A stretch of DNA of 27,263 nt, taken from IMG/VR virus record IMGVR_UViG_3300048576_000466, positions 1-27,263 of that record; one strand, 5' to 3'. The stretch's first letter is position 1. Every line of letters starts with the position of its first letter. The stretch comes from a virus. Taxonomy: Duplodnaviria; Caudoviricetes. The notes under the pieces were generated by a model. The model was given only the letters and a program-made list of their open reading frames with translations, had not been told where the DNA came from and did no database searches. A program made the translations under genes and the position numbers. Below are positions 15,762 to 25,382 of the stretch, piece by piece.

Positions 15762-17984
15762 ATGTCTAAATCCTTTCCAGGTGCCTCATTGGCTAGTCAG
15801 GGGCTTTCACTTCCCCCGATTCGCGCCCCATTTAGTAATATGGTGCAGAAGGACGGGGAGACCACGAATGGAGTCCCCGCATTCTGGTTTGCCCGCGCCA
15901 TTGAGACGGGCTCCCAGGAGGCTTTATACGAGCCGTATAAGGATTCTCCATGGGTTCAGCGGGCAATCAAGAAAATTTCCGGCCCGATCAGCGCCGTCGA
16001 GGTTGAGTTCCTCTCCTCAGCCACTTCTCCCGTTCGGCGCGGTCGAGGCCGTTCACTTTACACGGTTCGCGGACTTCGCGCCGACGCTCAAGAGGTGGAC
16101 TTGCCGCAAGTGCGTGCCTGGCTTCGTGAGCCGATGCGCGGCATGACCTGGTCCGATTTCGTCGAGGCGTCGATCGGCTGGCTCAAGCTCCAGGAGTGCT
16201 TCTGGATTTTGAGCGACGAAATGCTGGTCCCGTTCCCGGAGGCCAGCAAGCGGCCGTTGCCGCCCATTATCATTGCGCGGCCGGATCGGATGCGTCATGT
16301 AGTGGAGAATGGAGAGTTGACCGGTTGGAGCTATACAGACGCTTCGGGCAAGTCCTGGGCGCTGTTACCGGACCAGGTGATTCAGTTGCGGTTCTGGAAT
16401 CCCTATGATCCATTCCGCGGCCTGGGAGAGTATTACAGCGCTCGAATCGCGGCCGAGTCGGACTGGCTCGCGGGCAAGTTCACCCGCAACCTGATGAGCA
16501 ACAATGGGGACACGGGACCGTACATCGTCGCGAAGAATGGCATCCCGACCGATGGCCAGCGCGAGCAGATATTGACAGACTTGCGCGCCAAGCGCGCCGC
16601 ACAGTTGCGCGGGAATTTCCAGCCAATATTTTTGACTGGCGATGTCTCGATTGAGGATCCCCAGATTCGTTCGGTCGATGCCGCATTCCTGGGGAACCGG
16701 TTGGAGAATCGTCATGAGATTGCCATGGCATTTGGTGTCCCCCCGTCGATGTTCGATGTCAAGGCGGCCTATTCCATCGGCTCGGCATCAGATTATTTCC
16801 AGCTCATTATGGACACGTGCATTCCGGCCGGCAACAAGCTTTGTTCCGCGCTGGAGGTGTTGATCCAGCGGGCAACGGGCAAGATGGTTAAGGTGGCCTT
16901 GAATTGGGATGAACACCCGGTCATGCAAGAAGTGCGCAAGGAACGGCTCGCTTCTGTTGACACGTTGGCGAATCGGGGAATGCCGATCCATGACATCAGT
17001 GATTACCTGGGGTTGGGCTTGCCGCGATTTGATGGCGATGACATTGGCTACTTGCCGATGGGTGTGGCTCCGGTGTCCGATATGACCGAACCCGCGCCGG
17101 AGCCGACCACGTCCCTGGATTACTCTGAGACGGTACCGGACGGTGATGAAGCGGATCCAGCGGAAGACATCAAGAAAGCTTTCCAATTGCGCGCCACTCG
17201 CTCGCCAAACGCGAAGTTGTGGGAATCCCACATGCGACGCCGGGCACCATTCGTGAGACTCTACGAGCGAAAATTCAGCAAGGCTTTGATGGCGCTGCGT
17301 GTGGAAGTCCTTCGCAAGCTGGCAAAGCTGGGTGAGAGTCTGGGACGCAGCGTGCAATGCCGCGCTCCCATTACTGACATATTATTTGACAAGCTTTCGT
17401 TCGGTGAAGTCCTGCAAGCGGCTTTCAAACCCGTCGCAGAAGCGGCGATGGCAAACGGGGCATCGCAACTCCTGGAGGAAATCGGCGCGGATAATCCCTG
17501 GACGATGCCGCAAGCCGAGGTGCTTCAGTTTGTCAAGTCGCGTGAGAACCGAATCTCCGGCATCTCGGATTCGGTCTGGGACAAGCTCAAGGGCTCCCTA
17601 GAATCGGGGTTTGAAGCGGGCAAGAACACGAACGAGATTGCGGATGATTTGCGCGCCGAATTCAACGCGTTGTCAAAGTATGAAGCCCGGCGCATCGCAA
17701 TGACGGAAACCGGAGCCGCATTCAATTTCTCCCGTGACGCCGCAATGCGCGGCGCGGGCGTCCAGTACAAAAAATGGCTCAGTAGTCACGGACCCAATGT
17801 CCGACCTGCCCATGAGGCCGCTGAGGCCGCTTACGCGGCAAATCCCATCCCCATTACCGAGCCGTTCATTGTCGGCGGGGAAGAACTCATGTTCCCCGGC
17901 GATGAAAATGGATCCGCCGGGAATGTCATCAACTGCGAGTGCATCAGCCTGGCTGTTGCCCCACCGAAAAAACCAAAGGAATAA
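15762..17984 (+). CDS. HK97-type portal protein fused to a Mu gpF/SPP1 gp7-like minor head domain
   Basis: Portal-like 'RPDRM...DQVIQLRFWNPYDPFRGLG...EIAMAFGVPPSM'. C-terminal 'ARRIAMTET...KKWL...VRPAH...FPGD...NVINCEC'. GGAGG precedes ATG 15762. Confidence 0.85.
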   Translation: MSKSFPGASLASQGLSLPPIRAPFSNMVQKDGETTNGVPAFWFARAIETGSQEALYEPYKDSPWVQRAIKKISGPISAVEVEFLSSATSPVRRGRGRSLYTVRGLRADAQEVDLPQVRAWLREPMRGMTWSDFVEASIGWLKLQECFWILSDEMLVPFPEASKRPLPPIIIARPDRMRHVVENGELTGWSYTDASGKSWALLPDQVIQLRFWNPYDPFRGLGEYYSARIAAESDWLAGKFTRNLMSNNGDTGPYIVAKNGIPTDGQREQILTDLRAKRAAQLRGNFQPIFLTGDVSIEDPQIRSVDAAFLGNRLENRHEIAMAFGVPPSMFDVKAAYSIGSASDYFQLIMDTCIPAGNKLCSALEVLIQRATGKMVKVALNWDEHPVMQEVRKERLASVDTLANRGMPIHDISDYLGLGLPRFDGDDIGYLPMGVAPVSDMTEPAPEPTTSLDYSETVPDGDEADPAEDIKKAFQLRATRSPNAKLWESHMRRRAPFVRLYERKFSKALMALRVEVLRKLAKLGESLGRSVQCRAPITDILFDKLSFGEVLQAAFKPVAEAAMANGASQLLEEIGADNPWTMPQAEVLQFVKSRENRISGISDSVWDKLKGSLESGFEAGKNTNEIADDLRAEFNALSKYEARRIAMTETGAAFNFSRDAAMRGAGVQYKKWLSSHGPNVRPAHEAAEAAYAANPIPITEPFIVGGEELMFPGDENGSAGNVINCECISLAVAPPKKPKE

Positions 17985-17985
17985 C

Positions 17986-18198
17986 ATGAATATCCGCTCA
18001 CTGCGAAAGAATCTCCCCTCAGGGTCCACGGCCGCAAATGAAGGCCGCTCCCGCATGATCAGTGTCACGATCCCTGAGAAGGGACTCGATGGCAAGGTCC
18101 GTGATCGTCAATTCCGCGTGGACCGGGATTCGGGATGGACCGGAAAGAATATGGCCGCGTATTTGCAGTCCAAAGTGGCTGCCATCACGATTCGATAA
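17986..18198 (+). CDS. Small hypothetical protein (70 aa)
   Basis: ATG 1 nt after the portal stop with AAGGA upstream. It fills the gap before the protease. Confidence 0.6.
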   Translation: MNIRSLRKNLPSGSTAANEGRSRMISVTIPEKGLDGKVRDRQFRVDRDSGWTGKNMAAYLQSKVAAITIR

Positions 18199-18206
18199 CA
18201 AACCCT

Positions 18207-18896
18207 ATGACTACCCTCCGACGAACAATTTACCCCGAGATTCGCGTCCTGGACGCAAAGGCGGGCATCGTGGAATACGTCGCCTCCGATCAGACTCTTG
18301 ACAGTTACAACGAGGTGATTATGGCCAATGGCTGGCGATTTGATCAGTTCAGCAAAAACGCTCCGTTTGTTGACAGTCACAATTACGATTCCATTTCGTG
18401 CTGCCTGGGCAAGGTGCTCGATTACAAAGTGGAAGGCGACAAGCTGGTTGAGACTGTCTCCTGGGCAATCAACGTCATGCCGGATCCCACGCTCGCGGAT
18501 TGGGGTTTCCGCATGACTCAGGCCGGATTTCTCAAGGCTGTCTCTGTCGGCTTCATGCCGACGCGCATGGTCAGCAAGTGGGACAATGATCCCACCGGCT
18601 GGCAAGAGGCGCTCAAGAAGTTGAACATGCACGAAGAGGATGGCGTGCGTTGCGTATATATTGAGCAACAACAAAAAGAACTTTCCGCGTGTGTCATTGG
18701 GGCGAACCCCAATGCGCTCGCCAAGGCTTTCAAGGCCGGTGTCCTGTCGGATACCGACCTCGAAAAAATGTCCCTGGAATTCGCCAGGCGCGAAACCGCC
18801 CAATCGGCTGTGAATCCCGTCGATGCCGAGCGGGCCCAACGACGGGCGCGAACGGCGTTTCTGATTGGACTCAAAACGATAGTCAGTCACTTATAA
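18207..18896 (+). CDS. HK97-family prohead protease
   Basis: LDSYNEVI, DSHNY, LKAVSVGF and ELSACVIGANPNA motifs. Confidence 0.9.
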   Translation: MTTLRRTIYPEIRVLDAKAGIVEYVASDQTLDSYNEVIMANGWRFDQFSKNAPFVDSHNYDSISCCLGKVLDYKVEGDKLVETVSWAINVMPDPTLADWGFRMTQAGFLKAVSVGFMPTRMVSKWDNDPTGWQEALKKLNMHEEDGVRCVYIEQQQKELSACVIGANPNALAKAFKAGVLSDTDLEKMSLEFARRETAQSAVNPVDAERAQRRARTAFLIGLKTIVSHL

Positions 18897-18899
18897 CTT

Positions 18900-20249
18900 A
18901 TGGCTTCTCAAATGCTCATGACAGATGAAGAATTCCAACAACGCGTCATCAGCGATGTTGGCTCCATCTCCAACGAAATGAAGACTTTCAAGTCTTCCCA
19001 ACAACAAATTCTCGATGATCTGGACCGCTCTGACAAGGAGGTGAAACGGGCAATGGAGGAATTGACCCTTGTCAAGAACCACTTCAACGAGCAGTCGATC
19101 CTGCTGCAGAAGATGCAGAAGGTGCAGCAGGCTGTGGCATTGAATGCCAGGAGCTCGTTCCGTAACCCCATTGAACGGGCTTTGCAGGACGATGAGACCC
19201 GCGCATTCCTCAATGCGGCCGCACGCGCTGCCGCGTTTCCCCAGGAGGTCCACCGGCTGCCCGCCGAATGGCGCAAGCTCCTGGAGGAAGCCACGGCGCA
19301 TCACAAGTCGATGACCGGCGTGGATTCTTCGCTCGGCCAGGCGACGGTTCCGCAGTCCACCTTCAACCAGATTTACGACACGCTCCTGGAATATGGGGAC
19401 TGGTCGAGTCTGGGCGTGCAACGGGTGGGAATGCGAACCACGGTTCTCCCTGTTGCGACAAGCCGTCCGAACTTCTATTGGATCGGCAGCGGCACCGGCG
19501 GAGCGGGTGAAACCGCGGCAATCACCGCAAGCGACCTGGGCGGCAGTTCAGTCACCTTGATCATCCAGACGATCGCGGCTTACTTGACAGTTGCCCGCGA
19601 GTTGCTCGCGGATTCCACGGTCGACCTGGCTCCGTACATCCTCCAGCAGATGGTGCAGTCGGTGGCCTTTGGCATGGATACGGCCGCGTTCACCTCAACC
19701 GGTGCGGCGGATCAAACCAATGCGGGATACGTCGGCATTTTCAATGCCGCAACGGCAAACACGAACCTCGCGGCCATCGCGTCGGCTGGCAATACGACAG
19801 TTGACAAGCTCCAGTTGGAGGATTTCATCAACGTCCTTCTCACGGTCAATCCGATCGTCCTGAAGCGCCAGGCCTGCTGGTGGATTCATCAGCAGATCGT
19901 TGCGCTGATGGCTTTGATCCGCGACAAGAACGGCCGTCCGATCTTCCAAACCTGGCAGGAGGTGCCCACGCCTGGAGCCATCGGTTCGATCCTCGGTTAC
20001 CCCGTCCATCTGACGGCCGTGGCTCCGTCCACGAACTCCGCGGGTTATCCCGTCGCGGCTTTTGGTGATCCCGATGGCATGGCCATCGGCATCCGATCCG
20101 ACCTGGAACTGGCCACAAGCGACGACATCAAATTCGCCGAAAACATGCGCGCATTCCGCGCAATGATGCGTGCGGGTGTGAAGATCAAGACGCTCGCAAA
20201 CTCGACAACCCTGAAGCCGCTGGCGGTCCTGACAACCGCGGCACAGTAA
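18900..20249 (+). CDS. Major capsid protein, HK97 family
   Basis: N-terminal coiled coil (delta domain), VARELLADS, IRDKNGRPIF, ILGYPV and AFGD. Confidence 0.93.
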   Translation: MASQMLMTDEEFQQRVISDVGSISNEMKTFKSSQQQILDDLDRSDKEVKRAMEELTLVKNHFNEQSILLQKMQKVQQAVALNARSSFRNPIERALQDDETRAFLNAAARAAAFPQEVHRLPAEWRKLLEEATAHHKSMTGVDSSLGQATVPQSTFNQIYDTLLEYGDWSSLGVQRVGMRTTVLPVATSRPNFYWIGSGTGGAGETAAITASDLGGSSVTLIIQTIAAYLTVARELLADSTVDLAPYILQQMVQSVAFGMDTAAFTSTGAADQTNAGYVGIFNAATANTNLAAIASAGNTTVDKLQLEDFINVLLTVNPIVLKRQACWWIHQQIVALMALIRDKNGRPIFQTWQEVPTPGAIGSILGYPVHLTAVAPSTNSAGYPVAAFGDPDGMAIGIRSDLELATSDDIKFAENMRAFRAMMRAGVKIKTLANSTTLKPLAVLTTAAQ

Positions 20250-20283
20250 ACAAAATTCCCAATCGTTGGAAATTTTATTGACA
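20246..20283. repeat. Copy 2 of the 38-bp palindromic element
   Basis: GTAAACAAAATTCCCAATCGTTGGAAATTTTATTGACA, overlapping the capsid TAA. Confidence 0.9.
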
Positions 20284-20303
20284 TAAAATCAACTCAAAAT
20301 CGT

Positions 20304-20978
20304 ATGGCAAAAGATAAAGAAAAGGAACAAACGGACACGACACCGGTGATCGGTGATCGCGTCACTCCGAAGACTCCGGGCAAGGTGCGCGTGCGCGCTC
20401 TCGAAACCGTGACGGTCAACGGCAAAAAATTCGAGAAGGATCAGGAAGGTGATGTCACACCCCACGAACACGCCGCGCTGGCGCGGTATTTCGTCAAGGT
20501 GGTCACCTGCCTGCTCCTTCTGCTCGGCCTGGCATTTGGTGTCCAGGCGCAAACCTACTCGCCGTATTTCGTGAATAACGCACTGACCGGGACCAATCTG
20601 GCCAGCCTCAACGGAGTGTCCTCCACAAACACGTATTGCGCGCCGACCACGACGAACAGTTACTTGTGGAAGATCAACTTGACACGCTATGACCGCGCCT
20701 GGTTCCAGTTCGGTTTCACGCCGACTGGCGCGGGTGTAACAAACGTTGTGCTCAATTTCGACGCCTCGGGTAATGGCACGAATTGGGTGACCAATTACTG
20801 GTCCTGGACGGTCAGCGGCGCGGGTTACACCACGAGTCAACAGGCTGGTTTTGGTACTAACCTGACGGTGGATTCCATCGGCTGGTTGCGGCTCAATACC
20901 ATCGCCAATACCAACTCTGGCGGGATTACCAACTATTACCTGCTGGCTGCTCCAAAGCCGATCCGAAGCGGCTCTTAA
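20304..20978 (+). CDS. Post-capsid protein: small charged domain, internal signal/TM segment, Thr/Asn-rich domain
   Basis: 'VVTCLLLLLGLAFGVQA-QTY' at about residues 65-85 separates a charged N-terminal domain from a T/N/G-rich domain. Confidence 0.75.
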   Translation: MAKDKEKEQTDTTPVIGDRVTPKTPGKVRVRALETVTVNGKKFEKDQEGDVTPHEHAALARYFVKVVTCLLLLLGLAFGVQAQTYSPYFVNNALTGTNLASLNGVSSTNTYCAPTTTNSYLWKINLTRYDRAWFQFGFTPTGAGVTNVVLNFDASGNGTNWVTNYWSWTVSGAGYTTSQQAGFGTNLTVDSIGWLRLNTIANTNSGGITNYYLLAAPKPIRSGS

Positions 20979-21032
20979 ACCCATAAATTACCGGCCATTC
21001 CGGGAGGTGACTAACCGGGATGGTCTCAAAAA

Positions 21033-21689
21033 ATGAACGCCGGATTCTCCAATCTCGCAACGCTTCGCCAGACGCTCCTCCCGCGCACGATGAGCGGTGA
21101 CATGTCCTTTGATCCGCACATTCTGTCAATCGGACTCGGGATGGCTGGATTATTTGACAGTATTTGCAATCGCCGGTTTGCGTACGCGGAGAACACGCAG
21201 CATGTGTTCACCGGGGATCGACCCCATTATTACCTCCGTAATTTTCCGGTTGTCAGCGTCGCCAGAGTGGAGATGCGCTATTTTCTCGCGGATGCCTGGG
21301 CTGACATTACCGGCCAGCCAATCTCCTGGAACCCGGAGACGGGTCTCTTGCATTTTGGCTACACACTGGGCCGCAATCCGCTTCAGGTGCGTGTGACCTG
21401 GACGGGTGGGTATTGGTGGCCCACGCTGGAACCGAGTGATCCTGGAGCCCCTGGGACGCTGCCAGCGGCCGTTCAAAATTCCGGTGCCCTCGGAATGTCG
21501 GAATATTTGCTCCCGGATGTCATCAAGCAAGCCTGGCTTCTCCAGTGTCAATATGTCTGGGCAAACCGCGACAAGCTTGGATACGGGCTTGTGGATGAGG
21601 CTGGAAAAGCTGAAAAACTCAGCACGTTGGAAGTCGTTCCATTGGTCAGGACAATGATCGAGCCCTACCGGAGGTATCAGTTGACATGA
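21033..21689 (+). CDS. Head-tail connector/adaptor-like protein
   Basis: 'FDSICNRRF...FPVVSV...VRVTWTGGY...LPDVIKQAWL...MIEPYRR' pattern and position after the capsid. Confidence 0.75.
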   Translation: MNAGFSNLATLRQTLLPRTMSGDMSFDPHILSIGLGMAGLFDSICNRRFAYAENTQHVFTGDRPHYYLRNFPVVSVARVEMRYFLADAWADITGQPISWNPETGLLHFGYTLGRNPLQVRVTWTGGYWWPTLEPSDPGAPGTLPAAVQNSGALGMSEYLLPDVIKQAWLLQCQYVWANRDKLGYGLVDEAGKAEKLSTLEVVPLVRTMIEPYRRYQLT

Positions 21690-22213
21690 AGAAAACAATC
21701 ACATTCACATTGACGCCAGAAGCTCAAAATCTCCTGAGCCAGACAAAGACGGTCGAGGCTCGCGTCCTGCAGGCCATTGGCAAGGCCATGGATTACGAGA
21801 ATGCGTTGACAGTGTCGCATATCCAGGAGGCTTACCTGAGCTTCCCACGTGGCGGCCAGGCATCACCGATCGGCTTGCGGGTGCAAACAAACTCACTGAG
21901 ACGGAGTTTACGATGGGCCCCGGCGGTGGTTGTTGGTCAGCGCGTGCGCAGTTCGATCGGTAACAATGTTACCAGCAAGGGTGTCAATTATGCTGCGGTC
22001 CACGAGTTCGGAGCCCATATTCCGGCGCATACGGTAAGAGCTGATAATGCCCGGGCGCTTCATTTTTTTGTCGGCGGCAATGAAGTCTTTGCCAAGTCCG
22101 CGAAGATTCCCGCCATCACGCTTCCCGCCCGCTCTCCGATCCGGCGCGGCATCAATGATCGGATCAGCGATTATTCGGCCAGCATCAGCGCGGCCATTGT
22201 AGAGGTGTTATGA
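21686..22213 (+). CDS. Virion morphogenesis/tail completion protein (Mu gpG or HK97 gp10-like)
   Basis: 'TNSLRRSL', 'VNYAAVHEFG' and 'LPARSPI' motifs. Confidence 0.8.
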   Translation: MKKTITFTLTPEAQNLLSQTKTVEARVLQAIGKAMDYENALTVSHIQEAYLSFPRGGQASPIGLRVQTNSLRRSLRWAPAVVVGQRVRSSIGNNVTSKGVNYAAVHEFGAHIPAHTVRADNARALHFFVGGNEVFAKSAKIPAITLPARSPIRRGINDRISDYSASISAAIVEVL

Positions 22214-22965
22214 CCAGCAATGATATTATTGACAAGTTGCCCGGCGAATTGAAAGCCATCCTGGAATCGGATGCCTACTTCATTGACATTCCAGTTATTG
22301 TCTATGAGGACCAAAATCTCGGATCGGCCGTAGAGCGGCTTGATGCGGTGATGACCACGAAGAACGGCAAGCGCGGGATCGCCGTCCTGGTGCTGCAAAT
22401 GGAAGCGGATGACGATTACCCGGAGGTTGTGTTTGGCCCGATGACGATGCGTCCGGCAATCCAGGTGCTGGAGAATTTGCAACTCAATCGCGGCGCCGGT
22501 GGCACGATGAAAACGGCACGCAGTGTGGCGCGTCGGATTCGGGACCTGGTGAAGTCCTGCTCGCTGGTTGGCCTTGCAAGCGACTTTTCCCCGGACACCC
22601 CATGCATACAGCCCGTGGCACTTGACAAGTCTCTGGCCTACGTCCGGGCGCTCCAGGTGGGCTTTGTGTGCGAGGAGGCGGACTTCGCGGGACCGAACCA
22701 GGTGGACACGCCGGAGTTTGCCGATGCGGGTGAGGTAACCCCGAAAATCGCCATCACTTGTGGCACTGCGGGTGCCACGATTTACTACACCACCGACGAC
22801 TCTTTTCCTGAGCCGCCGGCGGTCAACCCAAAAACAACCTCCCGTATTTTTACGGGGTCTATTGTCATTCCCCAGGCGGGAATGACCTTGCGAGCGCGCG
22901 CCTACGCTCCGGGCCAGATCGCAAGTCGAGTTAATCGGGGCAAAATCTCCTACACAACCAACTAA
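22210..22965 (+). CDS. Tail terminator-like protein with C-terminal Fn3-associated (CHB_HEX_C-like) domain
   Basis: Position before the major tail gene. C-terminal 'TPEF...ITCGTAGATIYYTTDDSFP...TLRARAY'. Confidence 0.65.
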   Translation: MTSNDIIDKLPGELKAILESDAYFIDIPVIVYEDQNLGSAVERLDAVMTTKNGKRGIAVLVLQMEADDDYPEVVFGPMTMRPAIQVLENLQLNRGAGGTMKTARSVARRIRDLVKSCSLVGLASDFSPDTPCIQPVALDKSLAYVRALQVGFVCEEADFAGPNQVDTPEFADAGEVTPKIAITCGTAGATIYYTTDDSFPEPPAVNPKTTSRIFTGSIVIPQAGMTLRARAYAPGQIASRVNRGKISYTTN

Positions 22966-22968
22966 TTT

Positions 22969-23925
22969 ATGGCCGGTACAGCTCCTTTTACACTTTCCAA
23001 CCCCACACGCGGTGGCGCGATTTGCACCATCAACGGAACCACTCTTTGGCTCCGCGATGTCTTCAACGTCAACAACTCTCCGGTGTGGCAACCGGAGGGA
23101 ACCGAAGTTGACGGCTCTATTGACAAGGCTAAGCATGACCTGGTGATCAAGAATGTTGCTATTTGCTATGGCCGGTTCTCGGATATTGCGGCCTTATTCC
23201 CGGCTTACGCGCTCAATCCGGTCGTTGGGACCAACATCTTTGCCACTGACAATCCGTTTGTGGTCCGCGCTCTCAACGGGGATCGCATCACGTTCGGCAA
23301 CTCCCAAATCACTAAACTGTTTGACTTGTTTTTGGGGGTCGATGAGGAATTTTTCGCGTCTGCGATTGAAATCACCTCGATTATTCGCGGCGGTTATCTC
23401 CCCACGGATGCGGGCGCCTATTTTGTCCGTGACACAACCGCTGCGAGCGGGTCTGCCTTTGTCTCTACAGGTCGTTTGAAGGCGCGCTGGCAGGCATCCT
23501 GGAGCGGAAAAACAGGGTTCTCAACATTCATTGGCAAGAAGGGATTCCATCTCGGCTGGATGCTTGACGTGAAGCCGGACACAACCGACGGCTACGGAAC
23601 CACGGGAATGTACATCGGCAAGGAGGGAATGATTGCCGCGCTGAAATGCATCCCCATTGGTCCCACGTTGCCCCAGGTGGACACGGCGCAGGCCATTGCG
23701 GCTGATCTGGGGGCCCTGCTGAGTGCATCGGCAGCGGACATCACGTTGACAAGCGGATCTAACAGCATCGGCCTGAAGCAGGCGGGAATCGTCTCCGCCA
23801 GCACGGCTTTCGGGATCGTGCCGCTTCGCCAGGGAGAGGTCACTTGGGAGACGACGCGTGGATTCAGCGCCGGCGCGCCGGTTGCTGTCGCCACAATGTC
23901 GGCAGCGGCGGATGTTCAACCTTGA
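22969..23925 (+). CDS. Probable major tail (tube) protein
   Basis: 318 aa, G/T/A-rich with beta-strand character. Called mainly on synteny. Confidence 0.55.
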   Translation: MAGTAPFTLSNPTRGGAICTINGTTLWLRDVFNVNNSPVWQPEGTEVDGSIDKAKHDLVIKNVAICYGRFSDIAALFPAYALNPVVGTNIFATDNPFVVRALNGDRITFGNSQITKLFDLFLGVDEEFFASAIEITSIIRGGYLPTDAGAYFVRDTTAASGSAFVSTGRLKARWQASWSGKTGFSTFIGKKGFHLGWMLDVKPDTTDGYGTTGMYIGKEGMIAALKCIPIGPTLPQVDTAQAIAADLGALLSASAADITLTSGSNSIGLKQAGIVSASTAFGIVPLRQGEVTWETTRGFSAGAPVAVATMSAAADVQP

Positions 23926-23942
23926 TATATATTGGCATTTTT

Positions 23943-24131
23943 ATGCAAAACGAAATCAAACAAATCGATGCGTTGATTGAGTCCTTGACAACCACTGTTG
24001 ACGACTCCAACGGAACACGGCCGCACTTGAGAAGCGCCCTGGGCGCGCTCACGCTGGCCAGGGAACAACTGGAAGCGGACGCCGCGTATGAAGCGGCGGC
24101 CGCAAAACAAACGACCTCACAAGCCAAGTGA
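23943..24131 (+). CDS. Small helical hypothetical protein
   Basis: MQNEIKQIDALIESL..., with a GTGA overlap to the next gene. Confidence 0.6.
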   Translation: MQNEIKQIDALIESLTTTVDDSNGTRPHLRSALGALTLAREQLEADAAYEAAAAKQTTSQAK

Positions 24132-24517
24132 AGATCGTCCTCGGAGCAACTACTCTGGCCGACATTACCGCGACGCCGCGTTCATTCGCGACGTTCGCGG
24201 CAATGGGGCTGGAAGGCGACATCCAGGAGGAGAAGCTGTACGAGGCCGCTGCCGAATGGATCAAGCCTCGTGGCAATGTCAATGGATTGGTGACTTTCTC
24301 GGTTGCCTGCTCTTATGCCACCGTGGACGCGGCCATTGACGCGCTCAAGGCGCATTTGGCTCTAGTGAATACGCAAGCAAGCCTCGTGATCACCCCACGC
24401 CCTGGCGGCCATTCTCTGACGTTTGCGGGGGCAATTGTCAAGAGTGTGGAACGCGAGGAATGGGGTGGAGTCCGCATTAAAGTCCGCTTTAACGTCCGTG
24501 TAACCACTCTCGCATGA
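24128..24517 (+). CDS. Hypothetical tail-region protein
   Basis: 129 aa, coupled at both ends. Confidence 0.7.
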   Translation: MKIVLGATTLADITATPRSFATFAAMGLEGDIQEEKLYEAAAEWIKPRGNVNGLVTFSVACSYATVDAAIDALKAHLALVNTQASLVITPRPGGHSLTFAGAIVKSVEREEWGGVRIKVRFNVRVTTLA

Positions 24518-25377
24518 AGATATTTTCCGCTCTGATTCTCGCCTTGGTTCTTTTGATTCCCGGGGCTAATGCCACAACCTCAGTCCGTTTCGGGCTCCGA
24601 TACTTTACAGGTTCGAGCCTGTCCAGGACAATCAACCTGGTCCCAAATAACCCTGTCATCACGGATGCTACGAATTTCTGGACCGGTGGAAGCATCTCGA
24701 TCCCGACGACGAATGGCGAGGCCATGGCAACCCTGGAGGCCAATGACTATACCATGTCACTAGAGGGATTGTCTGATAGCTGGTTGCTCCAAGTCTATGA
24801 GACGAATGGGACCGTGAATGCGGCCGCGCTTTGTCCCAGCATTCCGATGACTACCTATAGTGGATTGGATTTGACGGCGTTGATTGCCACGTTCAATTCA
24901 TTTGCAGCGCAAACGAACGTGGACGCCTCTCTGGCCGCGCTTTCGAACGCGGTGATTGCGGTCATAGCGACCGCAAGTAATAATGCCGTGGCAACGGCCG
25001 TAAGCACAAGCACGGTCAACCTGAATCAAGCCCTGACATCGTATGCAACGGTGACCTCTCTGCTTAGCGCTTACGGAGCCTCTGTCAATTACGCGAACAC
25101 AAACGTGACGATGGCGACAGTCCTGGGATGGGCATTGGGACCAACCTTGGAAATGTCCACTTCGCCCTACACCAATGGCACGGTTCAGGCCGTCTCTGTA
25201 ACCTGGCCGGATGGTGTCAGCGGGGTGTTTACGCCGACCCTGGATACCACATGGGGAGCCATCAATGGCTACAGCATCACCCGAGGTCGTTACACGTTCA
25301 CGCAACCAATTTTCGCCCGGGACGAAAATGGAAACCCAATCAACATTCCCGCAATGACCATCACAACCAACAATTGA
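24514..25377 (+). CDS. Signal-peptide-bearing Thr/Asn-rich protein
   Basis: MKIFSALILALVLLIPGANA-TT has a typical Sec signal with an AxA site. ATGA-coupled. Confidence 0.8.
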   Translation: MKIFSALILALVLLIPGANATTSVRFGLRYFTGSSLSRTINLVPNNPVITDATNFWTGGSISIPTTNGEAMATLEANDYTMSLEGLSDSWLLQVYETNGTVNAAALCPSIPMTTYSGLDLTALIATFNSFAAQTNVDASLAALSNAVIAVIATASNNAVATAVSTSTVNLNQALTSYATVTSLLSAYGASVNYANTNVTMATVLGWALGPTLEMSTSPYTNGTVQAVSVTWPDGVSGVFTPTLDTTWGAINGYSITRGRYTFTQPIFARDENGNPINIPAMTITTNN

Positions 25378-25382
25378 CTCTT

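Noticed and set aside
489-20283. The 38-bp repeat pair as attL/attR or a DGR template/variable repeat
   Set aside because: Phage genes continue beyond both copies, and Mu-like phages do not use att cores. No integrase or reverse transcriptase is in the window, and the repeat is much shorter than typical DGR repeats.
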